The translations under genes and the position numbers were made by a program. Of a stretch of 64,000 nt of DNA, positions 56,281-64,000 are shown piece after piece; positions within the stretch are counted from its first letter, which is position 1, and each line of letters starts with the position of its first letter. The notes under the pieces are model-generated. The model saw only the letters and a program-made list of their open reading frames with translations, ran no database searches and was not told the DNA's origin. Origin of the DNA: a virus; the UHGV virus genome UHGV-0289908. One strand, given 5' to 3'.

Positions 56281-56397
56281 TTATCTCCCTCCTTTACGAA
56301 TTTTATATTTAACTTGAGAAGCAATACTCCCTGTTAAACCAAGACCAACAATAACAATCATGTCTCTGACGATATTCATAGCCAAATATTCTAACAT
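56281..56397 (-). CDS. 38-aa single-TM peptide
   Basis: MLEYLAMNIVRDMIVIVGLGLTGSIASQVKYKIRKGGR after CAGGGGGA RBS; stop overlaps RBS of next peptide. Confidence 0.45.
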   Translation of the reverse strand: MLEYLAMNIVRDMIVIVGLGLTGSIASQVKYKIRKGGR

Positions 56398-56564
56398 TTT
56401 TTAATTCCCCCTGTATAATATTTTCGAAACCGTCCATAATACTACTGTAATCAAACGAAAGGAGTGAACAACTATGGCATATCTTGGGCTAGGTATTTTA
56501 TGGGCATTAGAAGCCGTTGAATGGGTAAACTTTTTTGCTCGATTCTAAGATTTTTTGCAAATTT

Positions 56565-56593
56565 TTTGAAAATGGCATATTTCGGGCATGCCC
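56565..56593. promoter_or_regulatory. GC-rich palindromic operator candidate between divergent operons
   Basis: GCATATT-TCGGGCATGCCCGA-GCATATGC: 14-bp perfect palindrome flanked by GCATAT(GC) elements. Confidence 0.5.
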
Positions 56594-56837
56594 GAGCATA
56601 TGCTTTAGCAAAGCGTAACGCATGTAAGCGTCAGCTAAAAGCGTGTTACCACTTTCCTACCCTACTGGGATTCTTCCTTTGATTTTATAGTATTTGACGG
56701 AGTGTTCATATAATAGCCTGTGTGAACAGGCTAGGTCATGAACGCTTTTGTTTTGTTGCTTAGTACACTATATGTTGCCAACGATATCAATATTCCCAAA
56801 TGAGATAGAAAATATTTTTTCTTTTTACTGGAATTTG

Positions 56838-56868
56838 TGTTGACTTTAAATGCAACCCATGTTAATAT
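56838..56868 (+). promoter_or_regulatory. promoter of recombinase gene (same family as early promoters)
   Basis: tgTGTTGACTttaaatgcaacccaTGtTAATAT. Confidence 0.55.
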
Positions 56869-56907
56869 AGATGTATCGAAGGACAATAATAATAAGGAGG
56901 AGTCAAT

Positions 56908-57810
56908 ATGGACTTAATTCAACGTTTTTTGCGAGCTAAGGCTCATTGTTACACAGAAGATACAACAAAAAGCTATCGAGCAGACCTTGAACAATTTTTT
57001 GAGTTTTTGGCTGAACGTCATGAAACAACTGACCAAACAGTGCTTATTAAAAAGGCAGATTACTCAGAATGTTTGGATTATTTATTTTATTTACAAGACC
57101 GCAAGTTATCTGTTTTTACCATCAATAGAAAACTAGGAAGTGTTACGTCATTGTTTAAGTTTTGTGTGGATTTGGGGCTTATTGCAGAAAATCAGATGAA
57201 GAAGGTAGACCGAAACCCCACTAAACACTTAATTCAAGATAACGATTTTTTAACAAAGGACGAATATGATAAATTGTTCTTGGCAATTCAGACACGACAA
57301 GCTAGACAACCAAATTTTGAATTTACAAAGACCCGTGACCTAGCTTTGTTCTCAATGATTATCTCATTAGGATTGCGTATCACAGAAGCTCGAACACTAA
57401 CATATGACCAAATCGACCTCCAAACTGGACGCATTAGATTGGTGCGAAAAGGATTAAAGGCTCAGACACTTAAGCTAACCAGTCATCTTATAGAATTGTT
57501 GAATGAATACCTTGAGCAACGCAAAAAGGTTCACATTACAGAAGGATTAGAGAATCGAATCTTCCTTACTGCAAATGGGAATGAGTTAACAACAAAAGAT
57601 TGCAACCGTGCCTTAGAACGCTACTGCAAACGAGCAGGAATTAAACAAATCAGCAATCATGACCTACGACATACCTGTGCCACAAATCTAGCTTCACGTG
57701 GAGCTTCAATTAATGATATAAAAGAATTATTAGGTCACAAGCAATTAGCAACGACCAGTCGCTACGTTCATGGGGATTCCTCGAATATTGAAGACCTTAT
57801 TGGATTATAA
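56908..57810 (+). CDS. tyrosine recombinase (integrase/Xer-like) with intact catalytic residues
   Basis: GLRITEAR..., KG, HDLRHTCAT, TSRYVHG (R-K-HxxR-Y pattern); 300 aa; AAGGAGG RBS. Confidence 0.8.
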   Translation: MDLIQRFLRAKAHCYTEDTTKSYRADLEQFFEFLAERHETTDQTVLIKKADYSECLDYLFYLQDRKLSVFTINRKLGSVTSLFKFCVDLGLIAENQMKKVDRNPTKHLIQDNDFLTKDEYDKLFLAIQTRQARQPNFEFTKTRDLALFSMIISLGLRITEARTLTYDQIDLQTGRIRLVRKGLKAQTLKLTSHLIELLNEYLEQRKKVHITEGLENRIFLTANGNELTTKDCNRALERYCKRAGIKQISNHDLRHTCATNLASRGASINDIKELLGHKQLATTSRYVHGDSSNIEDLIGL

Positions 57811-57928
57811 AAAGTAGTTATCGACTACTTTTTATTTTTTTCTACAAAAACATACAAAAACTATTGTAACCCTTATAACAATATGTTATAATTTACATGG
57901 GTGAATATTATAAAATGAGCTGTAAAAC

Positions 57929-57961
57929 TGTTGATTTCTTAGGGAAGAATGTGGTATAATC
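57929..57961 (+). promoter_or_regulatory. promoter for 412-aa gene
   Basis: aaaactgTTGATTtcttagggaagaatgTGgTATAAT. Confidence 0.5.
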
Positions 57962-57995
57962 ATCATATAATATAAAACAGGAAGGAGTCTTAAGA

Positions 57996-59234
57996 TTGGA
58001 AAACAGTATATTTGCTACTCTTAATAGCGTGATTGATACTCATAACAGCGAACAAACAGTAGACTACCTCACCAAACATTTTCGTAGTCATGGACTAAAT
58101 AAAGCAACACCAAGCCTTGTATTTGCCAAAATGGTGAGCTTAGACAAATTGTCTCAAACAGAATTAATCTGTCTATCAGAAGGGTTGTATAGTATTACAG
58201 GAATTGAGAAGATTAACCCTAAAAATCTGTTTGAAGGTGAGGAACTAGAGGTATATCATGAATTACAGGAGCAAACGGATTATTACCCAACAACAATAGC
58301 TGCTCAGAGAGCCCTAGATTATAGGGACAAAAAGGTATTAGATTTTTTAAATGAAACATATGGTAATTATAAGACAAAACACACATACTTTTTTATTTAC
58401 GATTCAAAGATAAGACAAGAAGAAAGAGACAATTCAAAACAATTAGGAGATTTTGACGCAGTTGAAATCATCACCCTAATGCAATCCATGAAGGGGAGCT
58501 TAAGCACTCGCAAGAATGCTCTCTCTTTCGTGAAGAAATATATGAAATGGTATTGGAGAGAGAATCCCGAAGAGAATCCTATGTTGGATATCGAGAAGGG
58601 GACACCGCTAGTTCTAGTCAATGACAGCCATTTATCAAGTAAATACATCCCGATGATGGAACTAGAGGAAGAAGCTAAAAAACTGGTCGTGGCAGAAGAC
58701 AACCCTGTATTTCCTATTGATGGAATGATAGCAACTCTTATTCGTCAAGGGTTGACGGCAGAGGAGGTTGCTTCCCTTAGATTTTCAGATTTTAATTATC
58801 AAACAAATACGGTCAAAATAAAAACAAAAACAAGTGGACTCAAGTTGGTCAAGTTGGATTCCCATGTACTGCATTGGGTTAGAGAAACAGAAGAGGACAA
58901 TCGACCCGTGGGTCATCCACCTATTTATCTAAACATAGTAGACGACCATATTATTCGAGTACCGTCCACAACATATGATGAAAAGAAAGCAGTAGAGAAT
59001 ATTAGAAGAAGATTAAGTAAATTTAAAAATGCAGGATACAGACCACTAAGTGAGAACGTGCTCATTATCAGCAAAAAGATTGACCTTCTTGACAATATTG
59101 TGAAAACAAAAGGTGTTGTTACTAAGGATGATTTTATAAGAGTACAAGAGATGTTCGGAAACAAAGGTTCAAGTTGGTTCAAGATTCGCACTGAATATGA
59201 AGCTGTTCGTGGAGCTAAAAACATTAGGTTGTAG
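57996..59234 (+). CDS. recombinase-like protein lacking catalytic residues; candidate MrpR/YopR-type DNA-binding repressor (TTG start)
   Basis: 412 aa; segment GLTAEEVASLRFSDFNYQTNTVKIKTKTSG resembles start of tyrosine-recombinase catalytic domain but no HxxR or Y motifs; AGGAAGGAG RBS. Confidence 0.45.
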   Translation: MENSIFATLNSVIDTHNSEQTVDYLTKHFRSHGLNKATPSLVFAKMVSLDKLSQTELICLSEGLYSITGIEKINPKNLFEGEELEVYHELQEQTDYYPTTIAAQRALDYRDKKVLDFLNETYGNYKTKHTYFFIYDSKIRQEERDNSKQLGDFDAVEIITLMQSMKGSLSTRKNALSFVKKYMKWYWRENPEENPMLDIEKGTPLVLVNDSHLSSKYIPMMELEEEAKKLVVAEDNPVFPIDGMIATLIRQGLTAEEVASLRFSDFNYQTNTVKIKTKTSGLKLVKLDSHVLHWVRETEEDNRPVGHPPIYLNIVDDHIIRVPSTTYDEKKAVENIRRRLSKFKNAGYRPLSENVLIISKKIDLLDNIVKTKGVVTKDDFIRVQEMFGNKGSSWFKIRTEYEAVRGAKNIRL

Positions 59235-59260
59235 AAAGAGTATAGATTGTAAAAGAAATG

Positions 59261-59290
59261 CCACCTCTATCATGAGGTGGTTTTTATTTT
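59261..59290 (+). terminator. rho-independent terminator
   Basis: CCACCTCtatcatgaGAGGTGG followed by TTTTTATTTT. Confidence 0.65.
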
Positions 59291-59564
59291 ATTTAAAATT
59301 CGACAAATTTCAACATTTTTCTCTTGCATTAAGCAAAGCACATATGGTAAGATAATAAACGTGGAAGCGAGAAGTATAAATTTCAATCCCCCTAGTCTCG
59401 CTTCCACCTCTCCTAACCCCATATATCTGTTTCAACAACTGCTCGAACAAGAGCAAGCAGATATGTACTCTCTTTTATTTTCCCATGGCAACTACTCATC
59501 CTCGTTCTTGCGGTTGTCATGGGATTCTTTTCTCATATTACAATCTCCCCTATTTCAACTCATT

Positions 59565-59595
59565 TTAAAAAAGGGCAACCCGTTACCAGTTGCCC
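59565..59595 (-). terminator. rho-independent terminator after ParR-like gene
   Basis: GGGCAACtggtaacggGTTGCCC then TTTTTT on minus strand. Confidence 0.55.
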
Positions 59596-59846
59596 CAGTT
59601 ATTATTAGAATGGGGAATCTTGTTCGATGTAACAGGAACTGATTCTCCATTTACTATAATGTTGTTTAAGCTATCAACATTAACATTAATATTCTCTTCC
59701 CCCAAAAAGGTTTCGACAGCGAGCAGAATGAATCCCCGCAGATTCATTCTCTTGCTCTTAGAAACCTTTTTTATTGCGTCATAGAGGGCTTTGTCATCTT
59801 CATAGAAAACAAGCGGATGAGTCTTGTAAATCTCTTGTTTAGCCAT
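59583..59846 (-). CDS. parR: ParR-like small DNA-binding adaptor (RHH-like)
   Basis: 87 aa immediately downstream of and coupled to ParM-like gene (ATGA overlap). Confidence 0.45.
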   Translation of the reverse strand: MAKQEIYKTHPLVFYEDDKALYDAIKKVSKSKRMNLRGFILLAVETFLGEENINVNVDSLNNIIVNGESVPVTSNKIPHSNNNWGNW

Positions 59847-60805
59847 TATTTTGCCCCCTTATGTAAACCAAATTTAAAATATCCACGAGCATTACCTGTT
59901 TGAGCATGAGGATGAACCTTAATGTTTTCTGCAACAGGTAAATGCCCATCTAAGGCTTTTGAGCCCCCTCCTGTATAAATAACCCTATCAGCCATTTTAA
60001 AACTGATTCCAGAATCATTAATGAAGGTCATAATCTGTTTATGAATTTCCTCTTTAGCCACGGCTAAGTGCTTAGAGAAGTCAAAAGTCTGTTCGTATTT
60101 ATTAATTTTTGATTGGTTGTTTACCCCAATATCCTCAAGAGTGAATCGGAAATCACGACCTGCATAATCTTGATTGATATATTGGAGATACAGATTAGAT
60201 ATATCCATACAACCAATATCTGCTCCGATTAGGGTTTCAGCGGTCATTCCATCACTAAGTAGAATATCTGTTGTTCCTCGCCCGATATCAATTACCAAAT
60301 ACTTGTATTCGTTGCGTCCATTGATAACTTGCAAATTGCCGTCAAACATAAAGTCAATGAGTGTTCCAAGTGGTTGAGGAATCACATGCACTTCTACAAC
60401 CTTAATATCATGTTTTGTTTCTCCTTTGTAAATGGTATGGTTACCAAGTAATCTAGACTTCGTCTGAGCAATCAGAGCGGGGTCGTTGTAATCTTCACAT
60501 GGCAGTCCCGTTGTTAAGATTACATTCTTCTCTTTTTGTACCCGAGATATTGCAACTAGATTTTCAATAAGGAACTCTTTCGTGGTGTATCTCTTCATAT
60601 TGCGACCACCCGAAGTACTTCCTTTATTGGATAGCACATATCGTTCTCCCATGTAAGTATATTCTGTCTCTTGTGTCTTACCTCCAAGTAATGCCATTTC
60701 ACGACCATGGCGACGCAAAAGTCGATTCTCATATGTATCCACCTTTGCATTTGTAACTGTTTTTGTGAAGCCATTAGCGGCTTCTAGCCCTATGATTTGA
60801 GTCAT
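59846..60805 (-). CDS. parM: ParM/StbA-like actin-family partition ATPase
   Basis: 319 aa; phosphate-2 motif YLVIDIGRGTTD and N-terminal IGLEAANGFTK typical of actin-like ParM proteins. Confidence 0.7.
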   Translation of the reverse strand: MTQIIGLEAANGFTKTVTNAKVDTYENRLLRRHGREMALLGGKTQETEYTYMGERYVLSNKGSTSGGRNMKRYTTKEFLIENLVAISRVQKEKNVILTTGLPCEDYNDPALIAQTKSRLLGNHTIYKGETKHDIKVVEVHVIPQPLGTLIDFMFDGNLQVINGRNEYKYLVIDIGRGTTDILLSDGMTAETLIGADIGCMDISNLYLQYINQDYAGRDFRFTLEDIGVNNQSKINKYEQTFDFSKHLAVAKEEIHKQIMTFINDSGISFKMADRVIYTGGGSKALDGHLPVAENIKVHPHAQTGNARGYFKFGLHKGAK

Positions 60806-61163
60806 AATCTCACCTCTATTTTGTTTTGCTTAGTACATCATATTACTTCTGTTGCTTCTTTAGAACTAAAAGGAAATAAAAATATATATTTTTTATGTAT
60901 AAAACTTAGGACTTTGAATCATAATACAAACAGATGGGTTATAAACCACCTATATTAATAGGATATACATATCATATATCGACGGCAAAGTACTTATATA
61001 TTTATACATAATTTTAGGTGGTTCACCATGCCCCGACATCAAGTGCTTCTTGGTGTTGAAGAGGGTCGAACGATTCACGCTCAAATACTATAAAACCCCA
61101 TTTACAATCCCCACAAGGGATGTTATGATGTACTCAAGAACTGATACGAAAGGATGATTAATA

Positions 61164-61550
61164 ATGAATGAACAAGCAAAAGAGATTAAGATTTTACGAG
61201 GACAAATCCACATGGTTGATTTTGGGAACGTGGATGAATATAGTGGAAGTTTACAAAGAGGTAAGCGACCTGCAATCGTCATCACAAATGATACGGGATG
61301 TCGTTTTAGTCCCATTATTTCTGTAATCCCCCTAACAACCCAAAAGACGAAACGCAATCTTCCAACGCACTGTCATATTAAAAGAGATGAAACAAACAGA
61401 TTGTTAAAAGATTCAATAGCACTAACGGAACAGGTAGTAACAGTGAATCGTTTCCAAATTGGCGAACGAACAGGAAAACTATCTCCTAAAGATATGCAAC
61501 GAGTGGCGAACTGTTTAGGAGTGTCTGTGGGTTTATCCCTCGCAGTGTAG
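61164..61550 (+). CDS. MazF/PemK-family endoribonuclease toxin
   Basis: ILRGQIHMVDFGNVDEYSGSLQRGKRPAIVITNDTGCRFSPIISVIPLTTQ matches the PemK signature (G-ihhh-hDF-Gse-GkrRPalVis). Confidence 0.7.
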   Translation: MNEQAKEIKILRGQIHMVDFGNVDEYSGSLQRGKRPAIVITNDTGCRFSPIISVIPLTTQKTKRNLPTHCHIKRDETNRLLKDSIALTEQVVTVNRFQIGERTGKLSPKDMQRVANCLGVSVGLSLAV

Positions 61551-61653
61551 GTAAAACATTATAAAACATTTTATAATTTTCATACATACAAGTCATCAAA
61601 ATACCTACACCGTTTCCCACTTTAAAACTTTTTCGCTAAAATATTATAAAACA

Positions 61654-61684
61654 CGTTGACACCCCTGTCGAAAGATGATATTAT
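61654..61684 (+). promoter_or_regulatory. promoter preceded by the 29-bp element shared with 40552
   Basis: ttcgctaaaatattataaaacacgTTGACAcccctgtcgaaagaTGaTATTAT. Confidence 0.55.
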
Positions 61685-61727
61685 TAGGGTGTCAATTTTT
61701 TAGTTGGCGGAAAGAGGTGATAAAGAA

Positions 61728-61925
61728 ATGTGTGAACACGTGAAAGAGCGACTGCTAGAACTACAGCTACTGACAAAACGCAAGATGACGGTTCTCAAGT
61801 CTCTTGAATGGGCAATCAGTAATGGGGATAAGGGAATGTCAGATATGTGCGAACGAGAGCTCAAGATTATCCTTAAGAGGATTAGCACGATTAAAAAGGA
61901 ATTGGCACGATTAAAAAGAAATTAA
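61728..61925 (+). CDS. small coiled-coil protein
   Basis: 65 aa from MCEHV; AGAGGTGA RBS. Confidence 0.45.
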   Translation: MCEHVKERLLELQLLTKRKMTVLKSLEWAISNGDKGMSDMCERELKIILKRISTIKKELARLKRN

Positions 61926-61947
61926 CAAAATAAAGGGGGAAATCAAA

Positions 61948-62340
61948 ATGGAGAAACGTAAACATATTTCTGAAATGAAGTATGAGGAAAAGAATATGCT
62001 TCGCAAGATTGTAAAGCAAAACAAGTTTGTATTCAGTGACCACTGTATCAAACGAACCATGCAACGCAGGGTGATGGTAACAGACATCGTGAAAACAATC
62101 CGCAAGGGGAACATCATTGAATTCCATGTGGTTGGCGACAGCATAAGAGTGTTGTTGCGAGGGAAGCCGAATGGAAAAGACAAGTGCCCGTGTGTGGTAC
62201 TAAATGTGGGGACAAAAGAAGTGGTGACAGTATATCACAATTACAAATACAATCACCATCAATATTCAAAACGCACTCTGTATTCAAAAGATTTGGATAT
62301 ATGTTCATTAGTGCAACCATACTTAAAGAAATGCAATTAA
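61948..62340 (+). CDS. basic protein
   Basis: 130 aa; AAGGGGGA RBS. Confidence 0.55.
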   Translation: MEKRKHISEMKYEEKNMLRKIVKQNKFVFSDHCIKRTMQRRVMVTDIVKTIRKGNIIEFHVVGDSIRVLLRGKPNGKDKCPCVVLNVGTKEVVTVYHNYKYNHHQYSKRTLYSKDLDICSLVQPYLKKCN

Positions 62341-62377
62341 TACATACGAAAACAGGAAACCAAGGAGAAAAGTAATC

Positions 62378-62788
62378 ATGTGTAAATCAATCGAATTATT
62401 AAGTCAAATGAAATCATTAGGAGCAGAATTAGTTGGACAATTTGAGTATTTAAAAAAGGAACTCGGGAAGTGCGAGCGTATTCGCCAAGACATTCTTCAC
62501 AAAATTGAAGATATCGAAGATTTGAATGCGTCAGCTTCATACAATTATACGAAAGCACTCAACATCATTTCAAAGCACCGACGCAAGATTAAAAATGAAT
62601 TAGTAGCAATCGAACCCTACATGAAGGCTCTAGGCAATTATCACAAAACGGCAGGAGCGACATTAGGGAACATTGAAATTAGATATCAGACACTGTCAAG
62701 CAAAACAGGAGCAGACTATGAACCAAAAGTTTTAAATCTTAACGATAACATCTTGACGCAAGTTAAGGAAATTTGTGGAATCGAATAG
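62378..62788 (+). CDS. hypothetical protein
   Basis: 136 aa; AAGGAGAA RBS. Confidence 0.55.
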   Translation: MCKSIELLSQMKSLGAELVGQFEYLKKELGKCERIRQDILHKIEDIEDLNASASYNYTKALNIISKHRRKIKNELVAIEPYMKALGNYHKTAGATLGNIEIRYQTLSSKTGADYEPKVLNLNDNILTQVKEICGIE

Positions 62789-62806
62789 ATAAAATATTAT
62801 AAAATG

Positions 62807-62837
62807 TGTTGACAAAATCCTACAAAAAAGGTATAAT
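62807..62837 (+). promoter_or_regulatory. sigma-A promoter
   Basis: aaaaTGTGTTGACAaaatcctacaaaaaaggTATAAT. Confidence 0.6.
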
Positions 62838-62853
62838 ATAAGAGGTGAAAGTA

Positions 62854-62949
62854 ATGGAACAAAACAGCCGACTAACACTAGATATGTTGATTATGGAACT
62901 TAAAAATCAACAGGCAGAAAAGTCAGAAAAGCAATCAGCAAACAGATGA
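62854..62949 (+). CDS. 31-aa peptide
   Basis: AGAGGTGAAAGTA-ATG ~10 nt after predicted TSS of promoter 62807. Confidence 0.35.
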   Translation: MEQNSRLTLDMLIMELKNQQAEKSEKQSANR

Positions 62950-63008
62950 TTGTCTCAATGACCATCTGTCAAGAGCTTTGCAACTACTATAATAACGGAG
63001 GGATTTGC

Positions 63009-63215
63009 ATGGTATTGATTAAACTGTACGAATATGGAGATGGAGCGGTGATTAGTAAATACTGCTCTCCGATTGCTCCGTATCAAAATGAAAGAATTTA
63101 TTTAGGTGAAAAAGTAGGAATTGTTAAAGAAGTGGCTCACATTATTGCCCCTGCCTTATCACCAGAAGAAACGGATTCTCTACATTGGATTGAAGTAGGA
63201 ATTGAATTTATTTAG
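63009..63215 (+). CDS. small protein
   Basis: 68 aa from MVLIKLYEY; ACGGAGGG RBS. Confidence 0.45.
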   Translation: MVLIKLYEYGDGAVISKYCSPIAPYQNERIYLGEKVGIVKEVAHIIAPALSPEETDSLHWIEVGIEFI

Positions 63216-63224
63216 GAGGTCATT

Positions 63225-64000
63225 ATGAAGGAATATATTAAGTTAAACAATGAAGTCATGCAGAAAGTAGATGGGTTCTACCAATTAGAAAAAGACAAAG
63301 AAGCAGTAGAGAAGTTTGAAGCAGAAGTAGAAGTTAAGATGATGAAGTTCAATAACTACGCAGACCGTATCAACTGGTTAATTAACAACGACTATTATGT
63401 GAATCTTCTTGAGATGTATCCTATGGAAGTAATTGAAAACATTGCCAAAGAAGTATTTGCACATGGGTTTAAATTCCAGTCGTACATGGCAATTTCTAAA
63501 TTCTATAGCGGATATGCTTTAAAAACAAATGACAAGAAGCAGTATTTAGAATACTATGAAGACCGTATTATTGCTTGTGCCTTATTCTTAGCCCAAGGAA
63601 ATGCAGAATTTGCTAAAGACTTAGCTATCGCTATGATTCGACAAGAGTATCAACCTGCCACACCAACGTTCCAAAATGCGGGTAAAGCACGTGGTGGAGA
63701 AATGATTTCATGTTTCTTATTAGAGATGGATGACTCATTAAACTCTATCAATTACAACTTATCAACTTGTGGTCAGTTGTCTAAAATTGGTGGAGGAGTT
63801 GCAGTCAACTTATCTAAGTTACGTAGCCGTGGTGAAGCCATCAAAGGTGTAGACGGTGCTGCCAGTGGAGTAGTGCCAGTTATGAAGTTAATGGAAGACA
63901 CTTTCTCATATGTTAACCAATTAGGGCAACGTGCAGGAGCAGGAGTAGCCAACTTAAATATCTTCCATTGGGACATTGAAGAGTTCCTATCGACCAAAAA
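63225..64000 (+). CDS. nrdE: ribonucleotide reductase class Ib alpha subunit NrdE, N-terminal part (continues beyond window)
   Basis: FYSGYALKTNDKKQYLEYYEDRI...EYQPATPTFQNAGKARGGEMISCFLLEMDDSLNSI...GGGVAVNLSKLRSRGEAIKG...ANLNIFHWDIEEF closely parallels Firmicute NrdE; AGGAGG RBS. Confidence 0.9.
   Translation, partial: MKEYIKLNNEVMQKVDGFYQLEKDKEAVEKFEAEVEVKMMKFNNYADRINWLINNDYYVNLLEMYPMEVIENIAKEVFAHGFKFQSYMAISKFYSGYALKTNDKKQYLEYYEDRIIACALFLAQGNAEFAKDLAIAMIRQEYQPATPTFQNAGKARGGEMISCFLLEMDDSLNSINYNLSTCGQLSKIGGGVAVNLSKLRSRGEAIKGVDGAASGVVPVMKLMEDTFSYVNQLGQRAGAGVANLNIFHWDIEEFLSTK

Noticed and set aside
56565-56593. Reading the whole 29-bp segment as one perfect palindrome
   Set aside because: Careful pairing shows only the central 14 bp (TCGGGCATGCCCGA) are self-complementary; flanks are GCATAT(GC) elements in direct rather than inverted register. 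Reported as core palindrome plus flanking half-sites.
57996-59234. AimR-like (arbitrium) receptor assignment for the 412-aa protein
   Set aside because: No TPR-like repeat pattern or adjacent short AimP-like secreted peptide gene visible; recombinase-like core segment fits a MrpR-type repressor better.
59277-59642. 121-aa plus-strand ORF between convergent genes
   Set aside because: Spans two terminator hairpins and the ParR-like gene on the opposite strand; no RBS.

Overview
AT-rich (~36% GC) DNA from a large temperate, Firmicute-type siphophage or prophage (likely a phage-plasmid), with two divergently organised halves. Left half (1-27.6 kb, all minus strand): a late/structural and 'middle' block. 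In transcription order it runs: a 917-aa protein with a DxDGD signature (candidate YonO-like single-subunit RNA polymerase), a GIY-YIG homing endonuclease, an HU-like protein, a BMP-family lipoprotein, three tRNAs, a metallophosphoesterase, a terminase large subunit interrupted by a LAGLIDADG intein inside its Walker-A P-loop, portal, scaffold, capsid, and tail genes running off the left edge. Centre (27.6-30.8 kb): a 3.1-kb non-coding control region carrying GGGGTAT-motif clusters, about 12 phased T-tracts (bent DNA), a G-run/purine tract, roughly ten 22-24 bp iterons, three perfect DnaA boxes, a 44-nt alternating purine-pyrimidine tract, and 2-3 promoter-driven ORF-less transcripts. Right half (30.8-53 kb, plus strand): about 60 mostly tiny early genes driven by at least 16 near-consensus sigma-A promoters. 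These share an A-rich upstream element, and most also carry a dyad-symmetric -35 core (TTGAC-N6-GTCAA or TGTTGA-N8-TCAACA), which looks like a repeated operator. The early block also holds an HNH endonuclease, a 615-aa multi-zinc-ribbon protein, an M20/M28-like peptidase, a second phosphoesterase and tandemly duplicated micro-gene modules. Right end (53-64 kb): a tightly coupled five-gene operon (two membrane peptides, two membrane proteins, a 777-aa P-loop NTPase); a tyrosine recombinase; a degenerate recombinase-like protein (possible MrpR/YopR-type repressor); a ParM/ParR partition pair; a MazF/PemK-like toxin; and the start of class Ib ribonucleotide reductase NrdE. The gene content (YonO-like RNAP next to an HU-like gene, NrdE, an intein, homing endonucleases) resembles SPbeta-like phages.
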